Shown here one piece after another: positions 28,084-35,628 of a stretch of DNA of 64,000 nucleotides. The notes under the pieces were generated by a model. It was not told the origin of the DNA and ran no database searches. It saw only the letters and a program-made list of their open reading frames with translations. This DNA comes from Thalassavirus gary (taxonomy: Duplodnaviria; Heunggongvirae; Uroviricota; Caudoviricetes; Demerecviridae). The DNA lies in the IMG/VR virus record IMGVR_UViG_2974784677_000001; one strand, given 5' to 3'. Within the stretch, counting starts at the first letter, position 1, and each line of letters starts with the position of its first letter. The position numbers were made by a program, and so were the translations under genes.

Positions 28084-28159
28084 GGGGGATTAACTCAGTG
28101 GTTAGAGTGGCATCCTGTTAAGTTGCTGGTCGGTGGTTCGAGTCCACCATCCCTCGCCA
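28084..28159 (+). tRNA. tRNA-Asn (GTT)
   Basis: acceptor GGGGGAT/ATCCCTC, D-loop TAACTCAGTGGTTAGAGT, loop CTGTTAA, T-arm GGTGG-TTCGAGT-CCACC, CCA. Confidence 0.6.
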
Positions 28160-28177
28160 TTTTAAGTTAAAAAGTAA

Positions 28178-28206
28178 TTGCTCAACTAGTTACTTTTCTG
28201 TATAAT
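28178..28206 (+). promoter_or_regulatory. early promoter TTGCTC-17-TATAAT with conserved leader
   Basis: leader AGTTACATAAAGTTGAGAAACGGAGATAACAAA. Confidence 0.6.
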
Positions 28207-28239
28207 AGTTACATAAAGTTGAGAAACGGAGATAACAAA

Positions 28240-28434
28240 TTGAATAAACTAGGGCGACTAAAAGAAGCTGTTAAAGAGATTCGTAACGATACTGTTCACA
28301 ATCTTCTAACCAAGCTTGTTAATGCTGGTGACATGAGACAAGCTCTCTACTTTACAGCAGGTTGTTTAATGTACATTGAGCACGACAAACGTGACCGTGT
28401 ACATCTAGAATACATTCGAGACATTTTGTTATAA
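28240..28434 (+). CDS. hypothetical protein (probable TTG start)
   Basis: ORF begins LNKLGRLKEAVKEI...; the track start at 28219 uses the TTG inside the conserved leader; TTG at 28240 follows the GGAG RBS. Confidence 0.35.
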   Translation: MNKLGRLKEAVKEIRNDTVHNLLTKLVNAGDMRQALYFTAGCLMYIEHDKRDRVHLEYIRDILL

Positions 28435-28443
28435 AAGAATTAT

Positions 28444-28521
28444 GCGGCTGTGTGCGAGATGGTTTAGGCAACCTCCCTGTCACGGAGGAGTACGTGGGTT
28501 CAAGTCCCATCGGTCGCGCCA
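28444..28521 (+). tRNA. tRNA-Asp (GTC)
   Basis: acceptor GCGGCTG/CGGTCGC (G-U pairs), anticodon arm CCTCC-CTGTCAC-GGAGG, T-loop GGTTCAAGTCC, CCA. Confidence 0.6.
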
Positions 28522-28530
28522 AATTTAAAG

Positions 28531-28827
28531 GTGAAGATAATGATTAAAGTAATTGCATGTGGTGAAGTTGTTGAGTTTGATAGCATTAATGACGCTTTCG
28601 ATGAAGTAGACTTCTGGGCAGAAGTAACAATGATTGATACTGAAACCAACACAGTATACTGCTACAACGAGCAAGGTGTTCTAGAACACACAGAAAAGCT
28701 AAGTGTACACAAGAATCTTTTCTCTAAAGAAGAAATGGAAATCGTTAAGTCAGCGCTAGAGTTCGCAAACAACAATTCAGAAGGCTTAACTAAGATGGTC
28801 ATTGAAAACATTATCAATAAGATTTAA
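28531..28827 (+). CDS. hypothetical acidic protein
   Basis: 98-aa ORF with RBS GGTGAAGAT. Confidence 0.4.
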   Translation: MKIMIKVIACGEVVEFDSINDAFDEVDFWAEVTMIDTETNTVYCYNEQGVLEHTEKLSVHKNLFSKEEMEIVKSALEFANNNSEGLTKMVIENIINKI

Positions 28828-28905
28828 CGGGGTGTAATGTCAGTCTGGTAGACGGCTCGCTTTGGATGCGAGAGGTCGCTGGTTCGAATCCAGCCTCCCC
28901 GACCA
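28828..28905 (+). tRNA. tRNA-Pro (TGG)
   Basis: anticodon arm CTCGC-TTTGGAT-GCGAG, T-arm GCTGG-TTCGAAT-CCAGC, CCA. Confidence 0.7.
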
Positions 28906-28909
28906 AATG

Positions 28910-29205
28910 AGGAAACAGTATCCTTGCTCAAATGGGTACTCACTGAGGGACGAGCAATCCCAATATGTGCGGGCTGTCTAGCATATGCAGCTTTCGGTTG
29001 AAGTCACATGTTTAGTAATGCAAACCCATTAGCTACGGCTTGGGAGCTTGCCACTTACTCGGTTAAGTCCAAGAACCGCTGTGGAATATGTAAAGTCGTG
29101 ATTCCTTCGGGATAGCGCCTTCGGAAGTTATCTTCTGACTGCTAGCAAGTCCATAGCTATAGACTGTTGCAAAAGGCCGCAACAGGGCAGTACAAAAGAT
29201 AATTT
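28910..29205 (+). ncRNA. candidate small stable RNA(s) inside the tRNA operon (about 300 nt, non-coding)
   Basis: No ORF with RBS; several short GC hairpins with UUCG loops (GATTCCTTCGGGATAGCGCCTTCGGAAGTTATC); flanked directly by tRNAs on the same strand. Confidence 0.35.
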
Positions 29206-29208
29206 AAT

Positions 29209-29293
29209 GCAGAAGTGGTGAAATTGGCAGCCACGCTAGATTTAGGTTCTAGTGCCTTCGGGCGTGAGGGTTCGAGTCCCTCCTTCTGTACCA
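29209..29293 (+). tRNA. tRNA-Leu (TAG), long variable arm
   Basis: acceptor GCAGAAG/CTTCTGT, anticodon arm CTAGA-TTTAGGT-TCTAG, variable arm TGCCTTCGGGCGT, T-loop GGTTCGAGTCC, CCA. Confidence 0.7.
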
Positions 29294-29299
29294 AACAAT

Positions 29300-29396
29300 G
29301 GAAGAGTAAGCCAACAGATTCTGGGTACTGGCAACTGTCTTGAAAACAGTCGATCCTTGAAAGGGTGTGTGGGTTCGAATCCCACTTCTTCCGCCA
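29300..29396 (+). tRNA. tRNA-Ser (TGA), long variable arm, unusually long D region
   Basis: acceptor GGAAGAG/TTCTTCC, anticodon arm ACTGT-CTTGAAA-ACAGT, variable arm CGATCCTTGAAAGGGTGTG, T-loop GGTTCGAATCC, CCA; 97 nt. Confidence 0.5.
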
Positions 29397-29403
29397 AATT
29401 AAT

Positions 29404-29490
29404 GCGTACTGAAGACTGAGTGGTCGGTCAGCAGCCTTCCAAGCTGTCGCTCCGAAAGGGGCTGGGGTTCGACTCCCCCTGTACGCTCCA
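29404..29490 (+). tRNA. type-II (long-arm) tRNA, anticodon ambiguous (loop CTTCCAA reads TCC)
   Basis: acceptor GCGTACT/TGTACGC, extra arm GCTCC-GAAA-GGGGC, T-loop GGTTCGACTCC, CCA. Confidence 0.45.
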
Positions 29491-29575
29491 ACTTTAGGAA
29501 CTAGACAAAGATACTGACATCTCTAGTTCGACGCTGAAAAATTGCCCGTCAGACGAATATAAATTAAAAACGTAA

Positions 29576-29604
29576 TTGCTAAACATCGCATTTTAACGTA
29601 TAAT
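29576..29604 (+). promoter_or_regulatory. early promoter TTGCTA-17-TATAAT with conserved leader
   Basis: leader AGTTACATAAAGTTGAGAAACGGAGATAATAA then ATG 29637. Confidence 0.6.
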
Positions 29605-29636
29605 AGTTACATAAAGTTGAGAAACGGAGATAATAA

Positions 29637-29873
29637 ATGGCAATTTCAAAAGTACCACAATCTGCACAGAAACAGCTTGAAACACTAATCCATGTGTTTG
29701 CAGCAGGTGACGGTGGCGTATCGTTATGTCACTTTAAGGCTAACTACGAAGCTATCGAACGCGATGCTTTAGCTGGTGATGAAAACTCAATCACTATTAT
29801 GGCAAAAGTGCAGGGCGTTATCAATCTAGTTCAACACCTAGCAGGTATTGACAACGATAATCTACAGTATTAA
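29637..29873 (+). CDS. hypothetical protein
   Basis: 78-aa ORF immediately after conserved leader. Confidence 0.45.
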   Translation: MAISKVPQSAQKQLETLIHVFAAGDGGVSLCHFKANYEAIERDALAGDENSITIMAKVQGVINLVQHLAGIDNDNLQY

Positions 29874-29950
29874 GCTTCCTTAGCTCCAATTGGCAGAGCA
29901 TCTGTTTTGTACTCAGAGGGTTGTCCGTTCGAATCGGACAGGGAGCACCA
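29874..29950 (+). tRNA. tRNA-Thr (TGT)
   Basis: acceptor GCTTCCT/AGGGAGC, D-arm GCTC-CAATTGGCA-GAGC, loop TTTGTAC, T-arm GTCCG-TTCGAAT-CGGAC, CCA. Confidence 0.6.
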
Positions 29951-29954
29951 TACA

Positions 29955-30105
29955 ACGTTATATAGTTACTACTCCATAGTGCCGCTCTACGATGCCAGAG
30001 AATAGGACTGTTGTACTGCGATAATGTTAAGCAGTTAAAAGAAGATGCATGAGTGACACCTACTGTGAGTGGTGTGACCTTCCCACTAGGAGAGTTGAAG
30101 TGGAT
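29955..30105 (+). ncRNA. candidate small RNA between tRNA-Thr and tRNA-Gln (about 150 nt, non-coding)
   Basis: no plausible plus-strand ORF; co-transcribed position inside the tRNA operon. Confidence 0.3.
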
Positions 30106-30108
30106 AAT

Positions 30109-30184
30109 AGCGAGGTAGTTTAATTGGTAAAACATCGGACTTTGACTCCGACGTCGGTGGGTTCAAATCCCCCTCTCGCCGCCA
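30109..30184 (+). tRNA. tRNA-Gln (TTG)
   Basis: D-arm GTTT-AATTGGTA-AAAC, anticodon arm TCGGA-CTTTGAC-TCCGA, T-loop GGTTCAAATCC, CCA. Confidence 0.6.
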
Positions 30185-30185
30185 T

Positions 30186-30261
30186 ACTCCCTTAGCTCAG
30201 TGTGTAGAGCACCTCCCTTACAAGGAGGGGGTCGTTGGTTCGAATCCAACAGGGAGTACCA
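30186..30261 (+). tRNA. tRNA-Val (TAC)
   Basis: acceptor ACTCCCT/AGGGAGT, anticodon arm CCTCC-CTTACAA-GGAGG, T-loop GGTTCGAATCC, CCA. Confidence 0.7.
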
Positions 30262-30347
30262 TCTCTAAATATCTTGTCCTAGCAACGCGAATCCAATGGA
30301 TGGGCAGGATGTTTACAAATGGTAACACAATAACAAAGGATGAAGAT

Positions 30348-30752
30348 ATGCAACTTGATGAAATGAAAGCAAAATTGCTAGAAGTACGTAAAGCTCGTAA
30401 CGCAGTAGGTAAAGCAGCAATGCAATCACTTATCGCTGATTTCGACAAACAAGCACGTACTGGTAAAGAAGTTGACGGTATGGCTCTTATCAAGAAATAT
30501 GTAGCTAATGCCAAAGGTAACATGCGTCTAGAAAAAGACCGTGGCAACACCGCAGGTTACGAAGCTTACCGCGCAGAAGTAGATTTCCTAGAAACTCTAT
30601 TGCCAAAGCAGCTAACCGAAGCAGAGCTTCGTGAAGTAATCGAAGGTGGCTGTTTCAATAACATTGGTCAAGTAATGAAGCACTTGCGTGAACATTACCA
30701 AGGTCAATACGATGGTGGTCTAGCGTCTAAAATCGCTCGTGAGGTTGTATGA
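30348..30752 (+). CDS. GatB/YqeY-domain protein (start taken at MQLDEMKAK after RBS AAGGATGAAGAT)
   Basis: C-terminal LTEAELREVIEGG...GQVMKHLREHYQGQYDGGLASKIAREVV resembles the YqeY/GatB C-terminal domain. Confidence 0.5.
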   Translation: MQLDEMKAKLLEVRKARNAVGKAAMQSLIADFDKQARTGKEVDGMALIKKYVANAKGNMRLEKDRGNTAGYEAYRAEVDFLETLLPKQLTEAELREVIEGGCFNNIGQVMKHLREHYQGQYDGGLASKIAREVV

Positions 30753-30979
30753 ACCCAGCAGAAGTAAAAGCTAAACTAGACATTCTTGATGGGGAGCTTA
30801 AAGACCTCACCATCAAAGCAAAAGTCCTAGCAGATAAGAAACGCGAGTGTGAGAACGAGAAAGCTCGCTTGCGAGTAATTCAACAATCTGCTTGCGACCA
30901 TCCAAGAGAAGCACGTAGTTCAGTTATGGTAAATAACGAACCCGAATACTTCTGTACATTGTGTGGAAAAGATTTTTAG
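30749..30979 (+). CDS. small zinc-ribbon protein
   Basis: 76 aa, C-terminal CDHP...CTLCG cysteine cluster; ATGA coupling to upstream gene. Confidence 0.35.
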   Translation: MNPAEVKAKLDILDGELKDLTIKAKVLADKKRECENEKARLRVIQQSACDHPREARSSVMVNNEPEYFCTLCGKDF

Positions 30980-31049
30980 GGCTGAGCCGGTGGCGGCAAA
31001 GAGGATTCCAAACCCTCCTACGTAGGTTCGACTCCTACCAGTTCTGCCA
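30978..31049 (+). tRNA. tRNA-Trp (CCA), compact D-arm
   Basis: acceptor AGGGCTG/CAGTTCT (G-U pairs), anticodon arm GAGGA-TTCCAAA-CCCTC, T-arm GTAGG-TTCGACT-CCTAC, CCA; 72 nt. Confidence 0.45.
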
Positions 31050-31067
31050 AATTTATTAAAAATGCGT

Positions 31068-31096
31068 TTGCAAAACACATATTAACTTGCTATAAT
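31068..31096 (+). promoter_or_regulatory. early promoter TTGCAA-17-TATAAT that reads directly into tRNA genes
   Basis: TTTGCAAAACACATATTAACTTGCTATAAT then leader CGCATAAATTAAGAAATA and tRNA-Ile. Confidence 0.55.
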
Positions 31097-31116
31097 ATAC
31101 GCATAAATTAAGAAAT

Positions 31117-31192
31117 ACTTCCGTAGCTCAGTTGGTAGAGCAAACGACCGATAATCGTTAGGTCACTGGTTCGACTCCAGTCGGGAGTACCA
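31117..31192 (+). tRNA. tRNA-Ile (GAT)
   Basis: acceptor ACTTCCG/CGGGAGT, anticodon arm AACGA-CCGATAA-TCGTT, T-arm CACTGG-TTCGACT-CCAGT, CCA. Confidence 0.7.
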
Positions 31193-31197
31193 ATTTT

Positions 31198-31290
31198 AGT
31201 TCCTTAGCTCAGTTGGTAGAGCAGCGGGTTTATACTCCGTAGCAACAGATAATTGGCTGGTCATGGGTTCGAGTCCCATAGGAACTACCA
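31198..31290 (+). tRNA. atypical 93-nt tRNA, anticodon loop TTTATAC (TAT), with a 22-nt extra region before the T-arm
   Basis: perfect acceptor AGTTCCT/AGGAACT, canonical D-arm TAGCTCAGTTGGTAGAGC, anticodon stem GCGGG/TCCGT, T-arm ATGGG-TTCGAGT-CCCAT, CCA. Confidence 0.5.
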
Positions 31291-31321
31291 TATTTTTAAC
31301 TAACAAAACAAGGACACTTAT

Positions 31322-32701
31322 ATGTCAACATTTATTATTGCAGGTGTATCAGCAGCAGTATTAGCGGTACTTTTTATCATTCTAGCACTAGTACGAACAG
31401 TAGTTCCTGCCAATGAGGTTCACATCCTCCAGACGGCACGAAAGACAACCTCGTATGGTAAAGGTCAAAAGAACGGTAACGTTTACTTTGATTGGCCAGC
31501 GTCTATCCCGTTACTAGGTAACGTGGTCACGACCTTACCGGTATCAGTGTTCAGTGTAGATCTTCATAGTTACGAAGCCTACGATGCTGACCGACTACCG
31601 TTTGTAGTTGATGTCACCGCGTTCTTCCGAATTGAAGACTCAAATACCGCAGCACAGCGTGTAAGTGACTTCCACGAGTTGCGAGAGCAATTAGAAGCAA
31701 TCTTACAAGGTGCTACCCGTACAATCCTAGCTGGTTCTACTATCGAAGAAATCATGCAAGGTCGTTCAGAATACGGTGATAAGTTTACAGCAGAAGTAAA
31801 TGGTCAACTAGCAGAATGGGGTGTACAAACAGTTAAGAATATCGAGCTAATGGATATTCGTGACGCAAATAGCTCTAACGTTATCAGCAACATCATGGCT
31901 AAGAAAAAGTCTGAAATCGAGAAAGACTCTCGTATCGAAGTAGCTAATAACAAACGTGCAGCTGAAATTGCAGAAACAGAAAACTCGCGCGAAGCAGAAC
32001 TAGCTGCTCAAGAGGCACAACAACAAGTAGGTATTCGTACTGCTGAGAAAAACCGTGAAATCGGTCTAGCCAAAGAAAAAGCAGAACAAGCGGTTCAGGA
32101 ATCAGCAAAAATCACTGCTGAACGTGAAATGGATGTTAAACGTGTTAACGATACACAAGCAGCTAACATCGCTAAACAGGTTACACAAACCCGTGCAGAA
32201 GAAAACAAAATTGAAGTAGAGCTAAACGCCCAAGCAGCTAAAGCTAAAATTATTCTAGAAGCTGACGCTAAGTTAGCACAAGATACCAAACTTGCAGAAG
32301 GTACTAAGATTAAAGCAGACGCAGACGCAGAACAGATTCGCCTAACTGGTGAAGCTAAAGCAGAAGCAGCTAAGAAACTAGAACTTGCAAGCGTTGAGCC
32401 TCAAATCGTCCTTGCTCAAGAAATCGGTGAGAACGAAGGCTACCAAAGATACCTAATCGAAATTCGTAAGGTAGAAGCAGATGAAAATGTTGGTCTAGAA
32501 CAGGCTAAAGCACTACAGACTGCTGAAATGAAAGTCATCGCTAACTCTGGTGACGTAAATGGTGGAGTTAACTCCCTTATGAACTTGCTAACACCTGATG
32601 GTGGTACTAAAATGGCAGGTTCTCTAGAAGCTCTAGCGCAATCTGATGTTGGTCAGGCGTTCTTAACCAAGATTGGCTTCGACATGGTTAACAAACAATA
32701 A
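31322..32701 (+). CDS. SPFH/band-7 (flotillin/YqiK-like) membrane protein
   Basis: N-terminal TM helix IIAGVSAAVLAVLFIILALV, SPFH-like core, long Ala/Glu/Lys-rich coiled coil. Confidence 0.55.
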   Translation: MSTFIIAGVSAAVLAVLFIILALVRTVVPANEVHILQTARKTTSYGKGQKNGNVYFDWPASIPLLGNVVTTLPVSVFSVDLHSYEAYDADRLPFVVDVTAFFRIEDSNTAAQRVSDFHELREQLEAILQGATRTILAGSTIEEIMQGRSEYGDKFTAEVNGQLAEWGVQTVKNIELMDIRDANSSNVISNIMAKKKSEIEKDSRIEVANNKRAAEIAETENSREAELAAQEAQQQVGIRTAEKNREIGLAKEKAEQAVQESAKITAEREMDVKRVNDTQAANIAKQVTQTRAEENKIEVELNAQAAKAKIILEADAKLAQDTKLAEGTKIKADADAEQIRLTGEAKAEAAKKLELASVEPQIVLAQEIGENEGYQRYLIEIRKVEADENVGLEQAKALQTAEMKVIANSGDVNGGVNSLMNLLTPDGGTKMAGSLEALAQSDVGQAFLTKIGFDMVNKQ

Positions 32702-32777
32702 GTAACACCAAAACCCGCAGGTAACACTGCGGGTATATAAAACAAAATTCTAATTATAAATATCATGGAGATACTAT

Positions 32778-32996
32778 ATGAAAACAGCTAACCTACTTAA
32801 ATTCGCATCAGAAAAAGCTTTCGTTGTTAACCGTCACAAGCGTTCTCAAGAAAAGTTGCGCTCTCAGTGCCAACGCTTGTTAAAGGCAGGTCGTTTAGTA
32901 GAAGTTGAGAAGACACATGATCAAGTCATGTATCGTACTCCAGAATCAGTAGAGCAAGACGCTATCGCAGCATCACATCTACGAGAAGAAGTTTAA
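32778..32996 (+). CDS. hypothetical protein
   Basis: 72-aa ORF with RBS GGAGATACTATATG. Confidence 0.4.
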   Translation: MKTANLLKFASEKAFVVNRHKRSQEKLRSQCQRLLKAGRLVEVEKTHDQVMYRTPESVEQDAIAASHLREEV

Positions 32997-32997
32997 A

Positions 32998-33073
32998 GCG
33001 GGAATAGCTCAGTAGGTAGAGCACTTGGTTGAAGACCTAGGTGTCGCTGGTTCAACTCCAGCTTCCCGCACCA
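32998..33073 (+). tRNA. tRNA-Phe (GAA)
   Basis: acceptor GCGGGAA/TTCCCGC, D-loop TAGCTCAGTAGGTAGAGC, loop TTGAAGA, T-loop GGTTCAACTCC, CCA. Confidence 0.7.
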
Positions 33074-33082
33074 CAATTTAAT

Positions 33083-33158
33083 GCAGCTATAGTTCAACTG
33101 GATAGAGCACCACCCTACGAAGGTGATAATCTAGGTTCGAGTCCTAGTAGCTGCGCCA
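33083..33158 (+). tRNA. tRNA-Arg (ACG)
   Basis: acceptor GCAGCTA/TAGCTGC, loop CTACGAA, T-arm CTAGG-TTCGAGT-CCTAG, CCA. Confidence 0.65.
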
Positions 33159-33181
33159 ATTTAATAAAATAGGAACAGAAG

Positions 33182-33469
33182 ATGATTACAGCAAAAGAAC
33201 TTCAAGCATTAAATGTAGCTAAACACATGCAAAACGAACAACGTGTTAGCGATGCCCTAGACAAAGCTCTTACAGGCGTTACACTTAACTATAATCAACG
33301 CACAGTTTCAGGTTTATATGTTCCTGGTCTTAAATCTACAGATAGACCTTATGTGGAGTCAATGATGCGTGACGCCGGATATGATCAAGTATCCTTTGTT
33401 GCACAGAATGATGGGCGTAACGGTACAGATGTTCATATCTCGTTTGTACTACCACCACAAGCAGAATAA
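33182..33469 (+). CDS. hypothetical protein
   Basis: 95-aa ORF with RBS GGAACAGAAGATG. Confidence 0.4.
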   Translation: MITAKELQALNVAKHMQNEQRVSDALDKALTGVTLNYNQRTVSGLYVPGLKSTDRPYVESMMRDAGYDQVSFVAQNDGRNGTDVHISFVLPPQAE

Positions 33470-33471
33470 TT

Positions 33472-33561
33472 GGAGAGATGCCTGAATTGGTTAAGGGAGC
33501 GGGTTGCTAACCCGTCGGCTGCTTCGGTGGTCTCTGGGTTCGAGTCCCAGTCTCTCCGCCA
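33472..33561 (+). tRNA. tRNA-Ser (GCT), long variable arm
   Basis: acceptor GGAGAGA/TCTCTCC, anticodon arm GCGGG-TTGCTAA-CCCGT, variable arm CGGCTGCTTCGGTGGTC, T-loop GGTTCGAGTCC, CCA. Confidence 0.7.
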
Positions 33562-33689
33562 AATTTAATATTGTTATAACCATAACAGAGTCCACGAGAA
33601 CTCCTAAGGATGCTCGAAGATGTTTTATTACTTTAATGACTTCTTTCCTGAAACTGTAACTCCCGTTACAGTCACAATAGGAGAGAAAC

Positions 33690-33893
33690 ATGTGGCGAAG
33701 ACACAAAGTAAGAGTAAATTGGCATCGCCGTCTAAAAGACGATGAAATTGCAAAAGAAAACGGTTTTAACCAACGCTTGTTCAAACAAACTGAAGTCTAT
33801 GAATATGACTTGTCTTGGTGGGACTACCCACATAGAACAGTACAGCGTAACTGGAAAAGCCAAACTAAGAACAGAAAACAATGGGAACGCTAG
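33690..33893 (+). CDS. hypothetical basic protein
   Basis: 67-aa ORF with RBS AGGAGAGAAACATG. Confidence 0.35.
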   Translation: MWRRHKVRVNWHRRLKDDEIAKENGFNQRLFKQTEVYEYDLSWWDYPHRTVQRNWKSQTKNRKQWER

Positions 33894-33918
33894 ACGTTCC
33901 CTTTCTTGTGGAGAATAT

Positions 33919-34464
33919 ATGAAGAATCAAATTTACCTAGCAGGCGATATGCTAAACCGTGGTGCTCAACTTCAACGAGCAGAAGAAAAACGTGATTTGC
34001 TTAATCTAGGGTACGAATTATACGTGCCACAGGATAATAAAGATATAAATGATAAAGAAAATCTTAACTCGAATGATGGTCTAGCAGAGAAAATTGTTCG
34101 TGCAGATACAGATGGTATCGTGAATTCTGATATCGTGGTCATGGAAGCTCGTGAAGCAGCTCTTGGTACTTGTATTGAACTTGGTCAGATTAAAGGCATG
34201 AAAGACGTCGCTAAAACAGTCTTGTCTATGCTAGAGTCTGGTTGCTCTCTTAAAGAAGTAATTCATAATATGGAGCAAATTCGTGATAAGCTTGTTCTAG
34301 TTCACAACTCAGATATTCGTCGTGCAGGTAATCCTACCGAAACAGGCGATCGTCGCAGCTATGCCCCTCACCAGTACATGTACGGTGTAGTGCTTGATGT
34401 AACCAACGGTCATGGTTACTACGATTGGAACGAAGTTACATACATCCTAGACCGAGGTGTATAA
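33919..34464 (+). CDS. nucleoside 2-deoxyribosyltransferase-like (NDT/Rcl fold) protein; start taken at MKNQIYLAGD after RBS GGAG
   Basis: IYLAGDM motif (NDT family YLAGP-like) and downstream acidic GTCIELG; track ORF starts further upstream at 33742. Confidence 0.45.
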   Translation: MKNQIYLAGDMLNRGAQLQRAEEKRDLLNLGYELYVPQDNKDINDKENLNSNDGLAEKIVRADTDGIVNSDIVVMEAREAALGTCIELGQIKGMKDVAKTVLSMLESGCSLKEVIHNMEQIRDKLVLVHNSDIRRAGNPTETGDRRSYAPHQYMYGVVLDVTNGHGYYDWNEVTYILDRGV

Positions 34465-35090
34465 TGTTAGAAAAGATTTGGTCAGTTATTGCGGTGCTCC
34501 TAGTAATCGGAGCATCAATCATCTCAGGGGCAGATTTGTTTGTGTCTGCCTTGAGTCTAGTAGGTATTCTGTTTGTACTAGGTGTCGCCTTTAAGCGACC
34601 AGAGTCACAGTTACTGGGTGCTGTATTCTGCGGGTTCTTGGCGTTTGCCTCGATGGGCGCAGGCTTTTATGCGAATGCAGTCGTTAATGGATTGATACTA
34701 ATCCCCGCCTCTATATATGGATATTTTCATTGGAAGCGAAGAAAAGGTTTTCAATTAGAGCAAAGTATGTCTAGTGGTGGACTCACTAATATGATTGTTT
34801 CATTAGTGGCCGTCACAGCATTAGTGTTCTTCTTTGGAACTATGGGAGCAGGTGGGGCTATGCCTCTACTAGATGCCCTAACTGGAGTCATGCCAGTATT
34901 TGCAACATTCTTAATGATTGGTGCATATCGAGAGCAATGGCTTCTATGGATACCCTTTAATGCAATACAAGCCTTTATGTGGTTTACCGCCGCGTCTTTG
35001 CAGCCTGCGGTACTGGCGGTGTTTGTGTTGAAACTGGTATTCTTGATTAATTCATTAATCGGATTTTATACTTGGAGAAAAGAGGCGTAA
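34464..35090 (+). CDS. pnuC: PnuC-like nicotinamide riboside/NMN transporter (multi-TM)
   Basis: 6-7 predicted TM helices, IYGYFHWKRRKG resembles the PnuC GW..W motif; TAATG coupling to upstream NDT-like gene. Confidence 0.5.
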   Translation: MLEKIWSVIAVLLVIGASIISGADLFVSALSLVGILFVLGVAFKRPESQLLGAVFCGFLAFASMGAGFYANAVVNGLILIPASIYGYFHWKRRKGFQLEQSMSSGGLTNMIVSLVAVTALVFFFGTMGAGGAMPLLDALTGVMPVFATFLMIGAYREQWLLWIPFNAIQAFMWFTAASLQPAVLAVFVLKLVFLINSLIGFYTWRKEA

Positions 35091-35101
35091 GCCTCTTTTT
35101 A
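35078..35101 (+). terminator. rho-independent terminator
   Basis: AGAGGCGTAAGCCTCT + TTTTT. Confidence 0.6.
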
Positions 35102-35111
35102 AAAAGTTTTA

Positions 35112-35140
35112 TTTGCTAACTTCTCTTATTTAACGTATAA
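35112..35140 (+). promoter_or_regulatory. early promoter TTGCTA-17-TATAAT
   Basis: promoter family; leader AGTTATATAAATTGATGAGAGAGG. Confidence 0.6.
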
Positions 35141-35172
35141 TAGTTATATAAATTGATGAGAGAGGTTATCAA

Positions 35173-35433
35173 ATGATTGAAGAATGGGGATGGGCAGAGG
35201 TTGCCGCTAAAATCTTAGGTCTTCCAGAAGAAACCGACGAAGAAGTTGTAGAACACCACCTACTACAGGAGTATGGTCTAGACTTGGAAGGTTTTGGTAA
35301 TGTAGCTGAGAAGCTACTAGGTATGACTGCACCTATGCGAACTGTACTTGGTAATGAGTTAGTACAAGCGTTCGTTGTAAATGATGAGCATGGTACTCGT
35401 GCTATCGTCAAACAGGAGTTCAAACGTGATTAA
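35173..35433 (+). CDS. hypothetical acidic protein
   Basis: 86-aa ORF after promoter. Confidence 0.4.
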   Translation: MIEEWGWAEVAAKILGLPEETDEEVVEHHLLQEYGLDLEGFGNVAEKLLGMTAPMRTVLGNELVQAFVVNDEHGTRAIVKQEFKRD

Positions 35434-35573
35434 TTTATCCCTAAAACAAGCAGAAGCTATGTTGGCTTTCCTTAATGACATTGAAGAAGAGAAAGGCAAT
35501 CTACTCCCACAAGAAGAAGAATTACAAGCCTATCTTGACGCAGCAATTGATGCTGAAAAAGATAAAAACTGAA

Positions 35574-35602
35574 TTGCTAACTAGCCTTAAAATCTGTATA
35601 AT
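35574..35602 (+). promoter_or_regulatory. early promoter TTGCTA-17-TATAAT with conserved leader
   Basis: AGTTACATAAAGTTGAGAAACGGAGATTGTTAATG. Confidence 0.6.
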
Positions 35603-35628
35603 AGTTACATAAAGTTGAGAAACGGAGA

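Noticed and set aside
29821-30550. Minus-strand ORFs 29821-30135 and 30218-30550
   Set aside because: Antisense to tRNA-Thr, tRNA-Gln, tRNA-Val and the YqeY-like gene; no RBS.
33491-33784. Minus-strand ORF 33491-33784
   Set aside because: Overlaps tRNA-Ser(GCT) on the opposite strand; artefact.
33742-33918. N-terminal 59 codons of track ORF 33742-34464
   Set aside because: They overlap the preceding 67-aa ORF in another frame. An RBS (GGAG) precedes the internal ATG at 33919, which starts the conserved NDT-like sequence.
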